From contig CAWKZT010000003.1 in NCBI GenBank assembly GCA_963854565.1, positions 1-34,961 of the forward strand: DNA of 34,961 nucleotides. Reading direction: 5' to 3'. The stretch is from Acidimicrobiia bacterium. Lineage in GTDB: Bacteria > Actinomycetota > Acidimicrobiia > Acidimicrobiales > JAHEJN01. This document shows positions 17,775 through 26,912 of the stretch, piece by piece; the stretch's first letter is position 1; each line of letters opens with the position of its first letter. The notes beneath the pieces are model-generated. The model worked only from the letters and a program-made list of their open reading frames with translations, was not told the origin of the DNA and ran no database searches. Position numbers and translations under genes: made by a program.

Positions 17775-18776
17775 GTGATCGACCTAACTTCCGATACTTC
17801 CACCCGGCCTTCGCAAGCCATGCGCGACGCCATGTATGTCACTGAGGTTGGCGACGACGTGATCGGCGGCGACCCGACGGTCAACAAACTCGAAGCAACC
17901 GTGGCCGAAATGCTCGGATTCGAAGCTGGCCTTTACGTCCCCAGCGGCACCCAGTCGAACCTCTGTGGACTTCTCGCTCACTGCCAACGCGGCGACGAAT
18001 ACATCGTCGGCGACCGAGCCCACGCCTACCGCTACGAAGCAGGTGGCGGCGCAGTTTTGGGCAGCATTCAGCCGCAACCCGTCCGCACGCTCGACGATGG
18101 GCGCATCGATCTAGAACATGCCGAGTCGGTCATCAAGCCCGACAATCATCACTTTGCCAACAGCCGACTACTGGCGCTCGAGAACACCATCGACGGCACC
18201 CCACTACCACTGTCTCACCACCGAGAAGCTCGCTCTCTCGCCGACACGCATGGTTTGGGACTGCACCTGGACGGCGCCCGCTTGTGGAACGCGGCGGTCG
18301 CACTAGGCGTGACACCTGGCGACGTTGCAGCAGGATTCGACAGTGTCTCGGTCTGTCTTTCCAAGGGCATGGGGGCTCCCGTTGGGTCGGTGCTCGTCGG
18401 CTCTTCGGACTTCATTAACGAGGCACGCCGCTGGCGCAAGATGTTGGGAGGCGGGATGCGCCAGGCAGGCATCATCGCCGCCGGCTGCCTTTACGCCCTG
18501 GAACACAACATCGACCGACTTGCCGACGATCATGTCAATGCGCAACGACTGGCCGAGGGCATCAACGACATCGAGGCAATGCACGCCCGATGGACCGGTA
18601 CAAACATGGCGTTCGTCACCTTCGACTCCCCGATCGATGATCTCAATGCCAAGCTCACCGCGGCAGGGGTCAGTACCTTACTCAGCGACGAAGGTGGCCG
18701 CTTAGTAACCCACCTCGATGTCACCGCCGCCGAGGTAGAAGCGACATTGGTAGTCCTCCAGCAAGTCACCACCTAA
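17775..18776 (+). CDS. ltaE: Low-specificity L-threonine aldolase (PLP)
   Basis: IDLxSDT, GDDV..GDPTV, PSGTQSN, YEAGG, ENT, HLDGAR, PLP Lys in CLSKG, and GGGMRQAG. Start moved to GTG 17775 after SD GGAGAG. Confidence 0.94.
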   Translation: MIDLTSDTSTRPSQAMRDAMYVTEVGDDVIGGDPTVNKLEATVAEMLGFEAGLYVPSGTQSNLCGLLAHCQRGDEYIVGDRAHAYRYEAGGGAVLGSIQPQPVRTLDDGRIDLEHAESVIKPDNHHFANSRLLALENTIDGTPLPLSHHREARSLADTHGLGLHLDGARLWNAAVALGVTPGDVAAGFDSVSVCLSKGMGAPVGSVLVGSSDFINEARRWRKMLGGGMRQAGIIAAGCLYALEHNIDRLADDHVNAQRLAEGINDIEAMHARWTGTNMAFVTFDSPIDDLNAKLTAAGVSTLLSDEGGRLVTHLDVTAAEVEATLVVLQQVTT

Positions 18777-18781
18777 GCCAA

Positions 18782-18900
18782 TCCCAACTGGTAGGCCCAC
18801 ACGGGGGTCCTGGTGTCACCCGCGCCTACCAGTTCAAATAATTTCCCAACTGGTAGGCCCAAACAAGGGTACTGGTGTCACCCGCGCCTACCAGTTGGGA
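18782..18900. repeat. Tandem pair of palindromic units (REP/REPIN-like, GTAG type) between convergent genes
   Basis: Units start at 18782 and 18844 (62-bp period). Copy 2 has perfect 15-bp arms TCCCAACTGGTAGGC / GCCTACCAGTTGGGA. Confidence 0.85.
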
Positions 18901-18918
18901 TGGAATTTGGGTGGAGTT

Positions 18919-20082
18919 TTAGCTTTGACGCTGAGCTGACTCGAAATCCTCGTGATTGCTGTAGCAGCCTAAGAATCTGCGAGACCCAGTAAAGGCATCG
19001 CGTCCGTGTAGCAACCGCCAGTTGTCGAATACCAGCACCTCGCCGGGTTTCCATGGCAATCGTAGCCAGGTTGATTCGTCGCACACTAGGTCGCGCAACA
19101 GCCCATAGGCCACCATGAACCGATCCCACAGGCCGTCCGGCAGCCAGAACGGCGCCCGATCGAGATTGTTGAAACTGACCTGCACGACCTGGCCACCACT
19201 GTTAAGACGGATGGCCGGACGTTCAGCCTGCAAACTCACTCCTGGTTCGACATAACGTCCCGGGATTGGCACTTGCGTCAAAAGCACAAATGCCTGTTCG
19301 TCGACCTCTCGAAGCCGTTCGACCGCAGCGAACCCATCGACCAAGATGCTCGCACCACCGGTCCCATCACGTTCTTGACAGGAAAACAACTGCAGGCCAG
19401 GCGCATCATGACTATATGTGCCGTCGGTGTGTGGACCCAAGAAAGTGGTCTCGTACGCACTGTCACGATGAGCGTCGACCTCAGCTGACAAGGTCCAAAC
19501 CCCTCCGAAGATGCTGTGGCGTACATATCCAAGGGGAGCGATGGCCTGACATACACCGTCTTCACCAGCAGGGACATCAGACAACTTGGCCCAACCCGTC
19601 GCGGCGACGCGTTGAACCATCTCCGACCCGCCCCCAGTTGCTAACGAAGCGAACGGTACGGCATGAGAAATATCGCCGGCTTGATCCCACGTGACCGTGC
19701 TGGCATCGACCAAAGACTCGGCAACAGTCATAGCCATAGGGACCATCGGGGTTTGGGTAGTTAGTCGTCGCAGCGCCGTCACATCGTGGCCGGACGTGGT
19801 GTCGTCGCTCCAAACAATGTCGACTCGACCACCATTCTGCGACAGCTCGTAAGAAACCAAACTCAAGTCAGACGGTATGGCAAACGTGTCGGTCTTTCGT
19901 TGGAGTGTGTCCGCATCAAGACTGGCTACATCATCTCCATGATCTCGTAACCACCTGGCTCCAAGAGAAATAAATCGACCATCGCAGAAATGCAACCCGA
20001 CAGATCCTGAGCCATCCCCGGCAGAAGCGAGCAACGCGGACAGACGGTCCGGGGGAGCATGTATATGTGCCGTTTCGCTCAT
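18919..20082 (-). CDS. TauD/TfdA family dioxygenase, trimethyllysine dioxygenase / gamma-butyrobetaine hydroxylase-like
   Basis: WLRDH in the N-terminal domain, DSAY...HTDGTY, GGASILVDGF, FDNWRLLHGR and GCY. Start is ATG 20082 or TTG 20094. Confidence 0.88.
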   Translation of the reverse strand: MSETAHIHAPPDRLSALLASAGDGSGSVGLHFCDGRFISLGARWLRDHGDDVASLDADTLQRKTDTFAIPSDLSLVSYELSQNGGRVDIVWSDDTTSGHDVTALRRLTTQTPMVPMAMTVAESLVDASTVTWDQAGDISHAVPFASLATGGGSEMVQRVAATGWAKLSDVPAGEDGVCQAIAPLGYVRHSIFGGVWTLSAEVDAHRDSAYETTFLGPHTDGTYSHDAPGLQLFSCQERDGTGGASILVDGFAAVERLREVDEQAFVLLTQVPIPGRYVEPGVSLQAERPAIRLNSGGQVVQVSFNNLDRAPFWLPDGLWDRFMVAYGLLRDLVCDESTWLRLPWKPGEVLVFDNWRLLHGRDAFTGSRRFLGCYSNHEDFESAQRQS

Positions 20083-20105
20083 ACGCAGTGGCAAACCTGA
20101 CCGAT

Positions 20106-21245
20106 CTACTTCGAATCTATCCCGAGTCCCCGGGCAATTATTAGTCTTTGAACCTCGCTAGTGCCCTCACCAATTTCAAGGATCTTGGCATCGCGGTAGT
20201 AGCGACTGACTGGCGTTTCATCAATAAACCCGTAGCCGCCAAAAATCTGTGTGGCCTCACGGGTGGCGAGCACGGCCGCCTCGGTGGCATAGAGCTTGGC
20301 AATCGCAGCCTCTTGTTTGAACGGCAGGCCCTGATCCTTCAACGCTGCCGCGTGGTAGGTGGCCACCCGCGCCAGATGGGCGGCGGCGGCCATGTCGGCG
20401 CACTTGAATGCGATGGCTTGATAAGTGCCAATGGTTTTGCCGAAGGCTTTGCGTTCGTTGACATACCGGGTGCACTCGTCGAGGCAAGCCTGAATAAGCC
20501 CGACTGCCAACGCAGCAATGGCGATGCGTCCGTCATCGAGCGTGGCAAGAAACTGATGAAAGCCACGACCGGCGGCACCAAGCAGATTCGCCTCTGGAAC
20601 CCGACAGTCCGTGAAGACCAGTCCGTGGGTATCGGACGCATGCCAACCCATCTTTCGGTAGGGCGGTTCTACTTCGAAGCCCGCGGTCCCCGCGGGGACA
20701 ACGATGGTGGAAACACCCTCCTCGGTCTGCGCTGTGACGGTGACCACCGAGGTGATGTCGGTACCGGAGTTGGTGATGAACGTCTTGGCTCCATCGATAA
20801 CCCATTCGCCGTTGTCGAGCCGGGCCTTGGTCTTAGTGGCGCCTGCATCGGAACCGCCATCGGGTTCGGTCAAGCCGAATCCGGCCAGCTTCTTGCCCGC
20901 GGCAAGGTCAGGCAACCACTCGGCTTTTTGGTCGGCGTTTCCAAACTCGGCGATGGGATTGATACCTAGACCAACGGCCGCTTCGAGAGTGATACCCATC
21001 GACTGGTCGACACGCCCTAGCTCTTCTATGGCGATGCACAGCGTGGTGAAATCGGCACCCGCTCCCCCATATTGCTCATCGACGGTTAAGCCAAACAAGC
21101 CGAGCTCCCCCATAGCCAAAACCGCATCGGTAGGGAATGTGTGGTCCCGGTCCCACGCCTCAACATGAGGTGCCAATTCGCGCTGGGCAAAGTCGGCCAC
21201 AACGTCACGAAAGGCAATCTGTTCGTCGGTGAATCCAATTTGCAT
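20106..21245 (-). CDS. Acyl-CoA dehydrogenase (short/branched-chain type)
   Basis: FGLTEPDGGSDAG, GAKTFITN, GRIAIAA, QIFGGYG and YRDAKILEIGEGTSEVQR. Start moved to ATG 21245. Confidence 0.95.
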   Translation of the reverse strand: MQIGFTDEQIAFRDVVADFAQRELAPHVEAWDRDHTFPTDAVLAMGELGLFGLTVDEQYGGAGADFTTLCIAIEELGRVDQSMGITLEAAVGLGINPIAEFGNADQKAEWLPDLAAGKKLAGFGLTEPDGGSDAGATKTKARLDNGEWVIDGAKTFITNSGTDITSVVTVTAQTEEGVSTIVVPAGTAGFEVEPPYRKMGWHASDTHGLVFTDCRVPEANLLGAAGRGFHQFLATLDDGRIAIAALAVGLIQACLDECTRYVNERKAFGKTIGTYQAIAFKCADMAAAAHLARVATYHAAALKDQGLPFKQEAAIAKLYATEAAVLATREATQIFGGYGFIDETPVSRYYRDAKILEIGEGTSEVQRLIIARGLGIDSK

Positions 21246-21252
21246 ATGCGTC

Positions 21253-22770
21253 CTATACGGGTGGTACGCCGTGGCGTTTTCGGCTGAAATGTCGGTCTTT
21301 GCTGGCGGCCATCGCCAGGCGAACAATTAGGTCGCAGCGTAGATCCTCGGGTTGCACAATGGCATCGATCACCAGGTCGGATGCAAGTCGGAGAAGATCG
21401 ACGTCCTCGTCATATTCGGCGCGTTTCGCCGCCACGAATGCCGCACGTTCGTCGAGGTCGTCGATGGCCGCAATGTGGTGGGCATAGACCGCGTTGATGG
21501 CCGCTTCAGATCCCATGACCGCTATCGCGGCGCTGGGTAGCGCTACCACTGCATCGGGCTCGAAGGCCGGCCCACACATGGCATACAACCCCGCGCCGTA
21601 GGCCTTGCGCAAGATGACCTGCACCTGCGGCACCGTGGCCTCGGACATGGCGGTGACCATTTTGGCGCCGTGGCGGATAATGCCTTGACGTTCGACGTCA
21701 GACCCGATCATAAATCCGGGAACATCGGCCAGATAGATCAGCGGGATATTGAATGCGTCACACCACCAGATAAAGCGGGCGGCTTTGTCCGCAGAATCGA
21801 CAAACAGCACGCCACCGGTAACGGCCGGATTGTTGGCCACAACGCCAACAGTGTTCCCGGCCAGAACGCCAAAACCAACGACCAACTCGGGAGCAAAGAG
21901 CGGCTTGATTTCGAAGAACGAATCTTCGTCGACAATGGCGTTGATCACCGTGCGAACGTCGTAACCCAATTTGTCGTCAACGGGAATGAACTCGGCGGTA
22001 AGCGTGGACGCTGAGTCAGCCGGAGCGAACACCGGTGGTGCTTCCTCCCAAGATGTTGGCAAGTAGGAAAAGATCGTCTTGGCCTGGTCGATGGCATCGG
22101 CGTCGTCGACCGCCAACTGATCACCACAACCAGAAACCGTGGCGTGCATACGAGCGCCGCCCATTTCTTCGAGGGTTACCTGCTCGCCAATAACCTCTTC
22201 GGCCATGCGCGGCGAGCCGAGATACATCGAGGCGTTGCCCTCCACCATTATCACCACGTCGCAGAACGCCGGAACATAGGCTCCCCCTGCCGCGGAGGGG
22301 CCGAACAAGCAACAGATCTGCGGGACCCGACCCGACAGCTTTACCTGATTGTGAAAAATGCGACCAGCTCCGCGGCGTCCCGGAAAAAGCTCGACCTGAT
22401 CGGTGATGCGAGCACCAGCCGAATCAACAAACCAAAATATGGGGAGATCGTTCGCGAGTGCCTTCTCGGTTAGCCGGACCATTTTCTCGACCGTGCGGGC
22501 TCCCCATGAACCGGCTTTGACGGTGGGATCATTGGCCATCACTAAGGCAGGGCGACCGTCAACCAATCCCTGCCCGGTGACCACTCCGTCGGCGGGATAA
22601 CCATCGCTAAGTGCGTTCGCTAACTGGCCATCCTCGACAAAGGTGCCTTTGTCAAAGAGCAACGCAACACGCTCGCGCACATGCAACTTGTTGTCGCGGT
22701 CCAAACGCTCGGCGCCTTTTTCGGTTATTGCCATGGAGGCCGCAACTGCTGCCTGCATCCGGTCATCCAT
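21253..22770 (-). CDS. Acyl-CoA carboxylase, carboxyltransferase (beta) subunit
   Basis: PADGVVTG, DSAGARI, GPSAAGGAY, DVPGFMIG, RKAYGAG and C-terminal KRHGVPPV. Confidence 0.95.
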   Translation of the reverse strand: MDDRMQAAVAASMAITEKGAERLDRDNKLHVRERVALLFDKGTFVEDGQLANALSDGYPADGVVTGQGLVDGRPALVMANDPTVKAGSWGARTVEKMVRLTEKALANDLPIFWFVDSAGARITDQVELFPGRRGAGRIFHNQVKLSGRVPQICCLFGPSAAGGAYVPAFCDVVIMVEGNASMYLGSPRMAEEVIGEQVTLEEMGGARMHATVSGCGDQLAVDDADAIDQAKTIFSYLPTSWEEAPPVFAPADSASTLTAEFIPVDDKLGYDVRTVINAIVDEDSFFEIKPLFAPELVVGFGVLAGNTVGVVANNPAVTGGVLFVDSADKAARFIWWCDAFNIPLIYLADVPGFMIGSDVERQGIIRHGAKMVTAMSEATVPQVQVILRKAYGAGLYAMCGPAFEPDAVVALPSAAIAVMGSEAAINAVYAHHIAAIDDLDERAAFVAAKRAEYDEDVDLLRLASDLVIDAIVQPEDLRCDLIVRLAMAASKDRHFSRKRHGVPPV

Positions 22771-22838
22771 AGGCTTCCCCCGAATCTGCTAGTTGATCGT
22801 CACTCTAGTGCCCGACGTTGCCACCTACCCAAGCAGAG

Positions 22839-24077
22839 TTACGCATCCGAACCGGTTAGTCGGTTTGTCAGCCGCGACGGCGGTCGAAACACCAGCAGAG
22901 CGACAACGTTAAGGTTGACGGCAATGATGAGCGGAAAGGTGTAACCGCCCGTTTGGTCTTCGGCCAGACCAAGTAAGAATGGCCCGGCGGCTGCGGCCAA
23001 ACTCATCACTACTTGCTGCATGCCCATCATCTTTCCAATGCGACGGTGACCAAACAATTCGGCGGCGTACAAGCCTTGCAGCGGAGCAACACTGCCGAAG
23101 GCCACGCCCGTGATAATTGCGAAAATCCACACCGTTGACAATGGCCCCGCGAACAAAAGCGCCGTCGTACCAACTCCCATGAATACATAGGTGAGGCGCA
23201 ACGCGCTAACGAGACCTAGTCGATTGACCAGCGGGCCAACCATGCCGCGACCAGGAAGGGACAACAATCCACGGACCGTGGCGATTGTGGTGGCGGTTCC
23301 TAAGGCAACCCCCGTCGCCTCAATAGCCGCCACGTGGTGGACCTGGACCGCCACCAAGCTCATATGTGATACCCCGACAGCCAGTAACCATCGGCGAACA
23401 ATCGGCGTAGCCAAAGCTTCTCGAACGGTCAAAAACCCAGTCTCGTCCTCGTCACTTTCGACATCGTGTTGATGTTCCGAAGCCGTTCCTTTGTGAACAA
23501 ACAAGACTGCGGGCAACGCGCAGATGGCCAAGAAGCCGACCATCGACCGCATGGCGTCACGCCACCCATATGCCTCAACAAGCCAACCCGAAAGGCTGAA
23601 AGCGACCGGTGCGGCAAATCCTCCGAGCAAGGTAAGCATGGCAAATGCCGATGGCCGCTCCTTCGCCGGGACCAGACGGGTGGTGATCGCCATAGTCGTG
23701 TTGTAATAGAGGCCAGCACTGGCGACACCGCCTCCGACCCCCCATGCAATCAGAAACTCCCAGGGGCTCGAAGCACTGGCTGCCCACCACAACGAGGCGC
23801 ACGAAACCACGAGTGAACCGAGCAATACCGGCCGGGCACCGACTCGGTCCAAGAGGTTGCCCGCCAGCAGGGCTCCCGCCCCGCCCAACAGTGCGCTGAC
23901 CGAAAAAGCTCCCGATACCAGAGCATTTGACCACCCGGTGTCTTCCCGGATCGGGGTTATGAAAGCACCGAAGGCGTAGAGGAATAGCCCATAGGCCCCG
24001 ACCGTTAGCAAGCCCAGTAGCGCGATCGGCAGTCGCCAGGACGGTGTTTTTGTAGTCGTTGTTACCACGGTAGCCAA
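22839..24077 (-). CDS. MFS transporter (OFA/monocarboxylate-like)
   Basis: About 12 hydrophobic segments, motif A GNLLDRVGAR, and AELFG in the C-terminal half. Confidence 0.88.
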   Translation of the reverse strand: MATVVTTTTKTPSWRLPIALLGLLTVGAYGLFLYAFGAFITPIREDTGWSNALVSGAFSVSALLGGAGALLAGNLLDRVGARPVLLGSLVVSCASLWWAASASSPWEFLIAWGVGGGVASAGLYYNTTMAITTRLVPAKERPSAFAMLTLLGGFAAPVAFSLSGWLVEAYGWRDAMRSMVGFLAICALPAVLFVHKGTASEHQHDVESDEDETGFLTVREALATPIVRRWLLAVGVSHMSLVAVQVHHVAAIEATGVALGTATTIATVRGLLSLPGRGMVGPLVNRLGLVSALRLTYVFMGVGTTALLFAGPLSTVWIFAIITGVAFGSVAPLQGLYAAELFGHRRIGKMMGMQQVVMSLAAAAGPFLLGLAEDQTGGYTFPLIIAVNLNVVALLVFRPPSRLTNRLTGSDA

Positions 24078-24132
24078 ACAACTCTCAAAGGCCCTTCACC
24101 ACGACCACATGTTCGATGCAAGGCGATTATGC

Positions 24133-24149
24133 GTGGCCAAACCGGCCAC
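24133..24149. terminator. Hairpin downstream of the peptidase gene
   Basis: GTGGCC-AAACC-GGCCAC. Confidence 0.35.
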
Positions 24150-24181
24150 TGAAGATCCTCAGACCACGAATCTAAACCTCG

Positions 24182-25450
24182 TTAGCAAATCTCCAGAGTC
24201 TTGGGGATGGCGCCCGACAACACCTCGGGACCATCGGCGCAGACGTGCACAGTGTCTTCAATGCGTACCCCACCAATGCCACGCAATTCGTCGTCAATCA
24301 GTTGCCAGTTGACCGCTTCGGCAAAGTCCGTTCGAAGCGCCGGGTCATCTAGAAGGGCATCGATGAAGTAAATCCCCGGTTCGACCGTTACCACGGCACC
24401 CTCGTCGAGTCCTCTATCGGTTCGCAAAAACTGCAGTCCGGCCGAACCGGAACGCTCACGACCAGTGTCGTAGCCAGCCACATCATGAACTTCAAGACCA
24501 ATTAGGTGACCCACACCATGCGGAAAGAAAATCGCCATGGCGCCTTTCGCTACTAAGTCCGCCGGCACCCCGCGTAGTACATCGGCTGCCACCAATCCGG
24601 CTGCCATTTGTTCGGCAGTAGCGAGGTGAATTTCCCGGTACTCCTGCCCTGGAACGCAACGAGCAATACCGCTGAGCTGCGCTTCAAGCACGATCTCCCA
24701 AATGGTACGTTGCCAGGGGGACGCGTCACCAACAACCCATGTGCGGGTGACATCACAGGCGTACCCATCCACACTGGCCCCGGCATCGACCAATAAGAAA
24801 TCGCCAGCGGCTATTGCCCGACGACTCGGCGCAAAGTGAAGGACTGCCGAGTTAGGTCCGCCCGCAACTATTGAATCGTAAGCCGGACGATCGCCGCCCG
24901 AACGCAAGAACTCCGCATCAATCGTGGCCCGTAGTTGATGTTCAGTTCGACCCACATGGGTGTCGGCTACCAGCGCGGCAAAACCCGCGGTGGTCGCCGC
25001 AGCGGCATCGCGCATTGCGGTGAGTTCGAATGCGTCTTTCCGTACCCGCATGTCATGCAACTGCGACTGCACTTCATCGTCAATTGGTGATGACGCGCCG
25101 ATCGCACGCACATTCACGTTGGCCCGACTGGCCAGCCAGCTTTCTAGCTCGCCTAACGGAACACCGACCGGTTCGGTCGCGGCATGCCACACTTTGTCCG
25201 ACGCTGAGGGTCGTGGCGCAAACAGTTGCCATTCGCCGGACGCATCAACTCCAAGAACACCGTCCACCACAGAACGACCCGCCAGATACAGGAAATCGGG
25301 GTTGCAATAAAATGGATAGTGCATGTCCGTGGCTGGAATCTCCACCAGCCCGCCCGCACGAACCAAAACAACATCGTTGGGGGCCAAGCCCCATCGCGAA
25401 AACGCGTGGGAACGACGCTGGTCAAGAAGGGGGCTACCTGGCATGCTCAT
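24182..25450 (-). CDS. Xaa-Pro aminopeptidase/dipeptidase (M24B)
   Basis: Metal-ligand motifs LVDAG, CDVTRT, HGVGH..GLEVHD, TVEPG and RIED. Start moved to ATG 25450 to avoid overlapping the divergent gene. Confidence 0.92.
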   Translation of the reverse strand: MSMPGSPLLDQRRSHAFSRWGLAPNDVVLVRAGGLVEIPATDMHYPFYCNPDFLYLAGRSVVDGVLGVDASGEWQLFAPRPSASDKVWHAATEPVGVPLGELESWLASRANVNVRAIGASSPIDDEVQSQLHDMRVRKDAFELTAMRDAAAATTAGFAALVADTHVGRTEHQLRATIDAEFLRSGGDRPAYDSIVAGGPNSAVLHFAPSRRAIAAGDFLLVDAGASVDGYACDVTRTWVVGDASPWQRTIWEIVLEAQLSGIARCVPGQEYREIHLATAEQMAAGLVAADVLRGVPADLVAKGAMAIFFPHGVGHLIGLEVHDVAGYDTGRERSGSAGLQFLRTDRGLDEGAVVTVEPGIYFIDALLDDPALRTDFAEAVNWQLIDDELRGIGGVRIEDTVHVCADGPEVLSGAIPKTLEIC

Positions 25451-25549
25451 CCCCACGTTGTACTCGGTTGTGTGATCCGTTGCGCGAATGTCGTGTGACT
25501 GCAACACATCCGCTAACCCCGTATCTCTAGGCTCAAGTGTCCACAACAC

Positions 25550-26902
25550 ATGGAGATTCCGATGCATTGGGTAAAGCGAGGAGCGGTCGCCGCTTTCGTT
25601 TGTGGCGCCTCATTGTTTCTGACCACTTCGTGCGGATCCACTAGTCCCTCTGGGGTGGACAAAGCGATCATTGAGGCAATCGATACCGACTCACTGTCCA
25701 CCACCGAACGCACCCCATTGGCACCAACACCTACCCCTGAGATCGTCGCATCGCCATACCTCGTAGGCGAAGCACCCTCCTGGCGCTATTCAACAACAAC
25801 TATCGACGGCAAGCAGGAGAACGACACACTTACCGTAGAATCGCCCATTTTCGAAGGCGGCACGTTCCAAGATGCCCTCAACTCGCCCCTGCTTCCTTCA
25901 TTCTTCGATGCCCTCATCGCCGACTTTCATGCCGCGGCAGGCCAAAACCCCGAACTTGAAACCCACAGCACAGTGACCGGCACAGTGCTCTTTAGCTCGC
26001 CAGGGCTCGTTAGTGTCAGCTACCACGCCACCCTCGATACCGCGTCAAAGCCACGCGAGGTGACCTATCACGCATTTATCTTCGACTTGGTGGAGCAACG
26101 CTTTGTCCTCCCCGACGAACTCTTTGTCAATAGTGCGGCACAAGAGCGAGTCGGCGACCTGATGCTTGGTCTCGTCGCCCAAAAGTACGGCATCGAACGC
26201 GACGATCTCGACCTATCCGCATGGGACGATGGGCTTGCCTCAATCGTGCCGACATCGGCTGGATTGCGGATTTCATTCGGTCGCGGGCTCATGGTTTCTG
26301 ACCTCTTCGCCAATGGCGCCGTGGTCGAAATCCCGTGGGGTCGTCTCCATGGTCTGATCCGAGCCGAAATCATCGACCTTCGCGATGCACCGCACGGTGT
26401 TGAAATCGTCAAGTCCGACCTCGGATTACCAACTGTTGAAGGAACGGCGACCAGCCTCGAACCCGCCCTTCCTTTCGGAACCCCAACCGACGATGTACTT
26501 AACACGCTGGGCATTTTGCTGGGTCCCTCCACGGGGGACACCGATTTCACCGCACCCGCCAATCTGTGTCCTGACGCCGCCGCCGACGCCATCCGCGTCG
26601 TTACTTGGGGCGATGTAGACGTCGTGTTTTCTAAAGACGTTGGACTGGTTGGCTGGTTTGTCACGAACCGTGGCTTTGGCAACGGATCCAACTTCACGGA
26701 GCAGGGCATCGGTATTGGATCCTCGGTCGAGCTTCTAACCGCCGCCTATAAGACCGCGTTTGCCAACCCCTCATCAGCCGACACCGATAAAGAAATACCC
26801 TTCCAAGCTGTCCTTAACTCCGCGGCCATCGGCGGCACAGTAAGCGACGGGGTAGTTACCAACCTGTGGGCCGGCCTCCGGTGCGAACTACCCGAAACCT
26901 AA
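25550..26902 (+). CDS. Secreted, probably lipid-anchored protein with an RsiV/DUF3298-like region and an uncharacterised C-terminal domain
   Basis: Signal peptide ending FLTTS-C, a Thr/Pro linker, and an FDL...LF...GLRISF...VEIPW pattern. Start may be 25562. Confidence 0.65.
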   Translation: MEIPMHWVKRGAVAAFVCGASLFLTTSCGSTSPSGVDKAIIEAIDTDSLSTTERTPLAPTPTPEIVASPYLVGEAPSWRYSTTTIDGKQENDTLTVESPIFEGGTFQDALNSPLLPSFFDALIADFHAAAGQNPELETHSTVTGTVLFSSPGLVSVSYHATLDTASKPREVTYHAFIFDLVEQRFVLPDELFVNSAAQERVGDLMLGLVAQKYGIERDDLDLSAWDDGLASIVPTSAGLRISFGRGLMVSDLFANGAVVEIPWGRLHGLIRAEIIDLRDAPHGVEIVKSDLGLPTVEGTATSLEPALPFGTPTDDVLNTLGILLGPSTGDTDFTAPANLCPDAAADAIRVVTWGDVDVVFSKDVGLVGWFVTNRGFGNGSNFTEQGIGIGSSVELLTAAYKTAFANPSSADTDKEIPFQAVLNSAAIGGTVSDGVVTNLWAGLRCELPET

Positions 26903-26912
26903 CACTGACAAA

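Noticed and set aside
18782-18900. Mini CRISPR array
   Set aside because: There are only two units, the internal segments are near-identical rather than unique spacers, and no cas genes are present.
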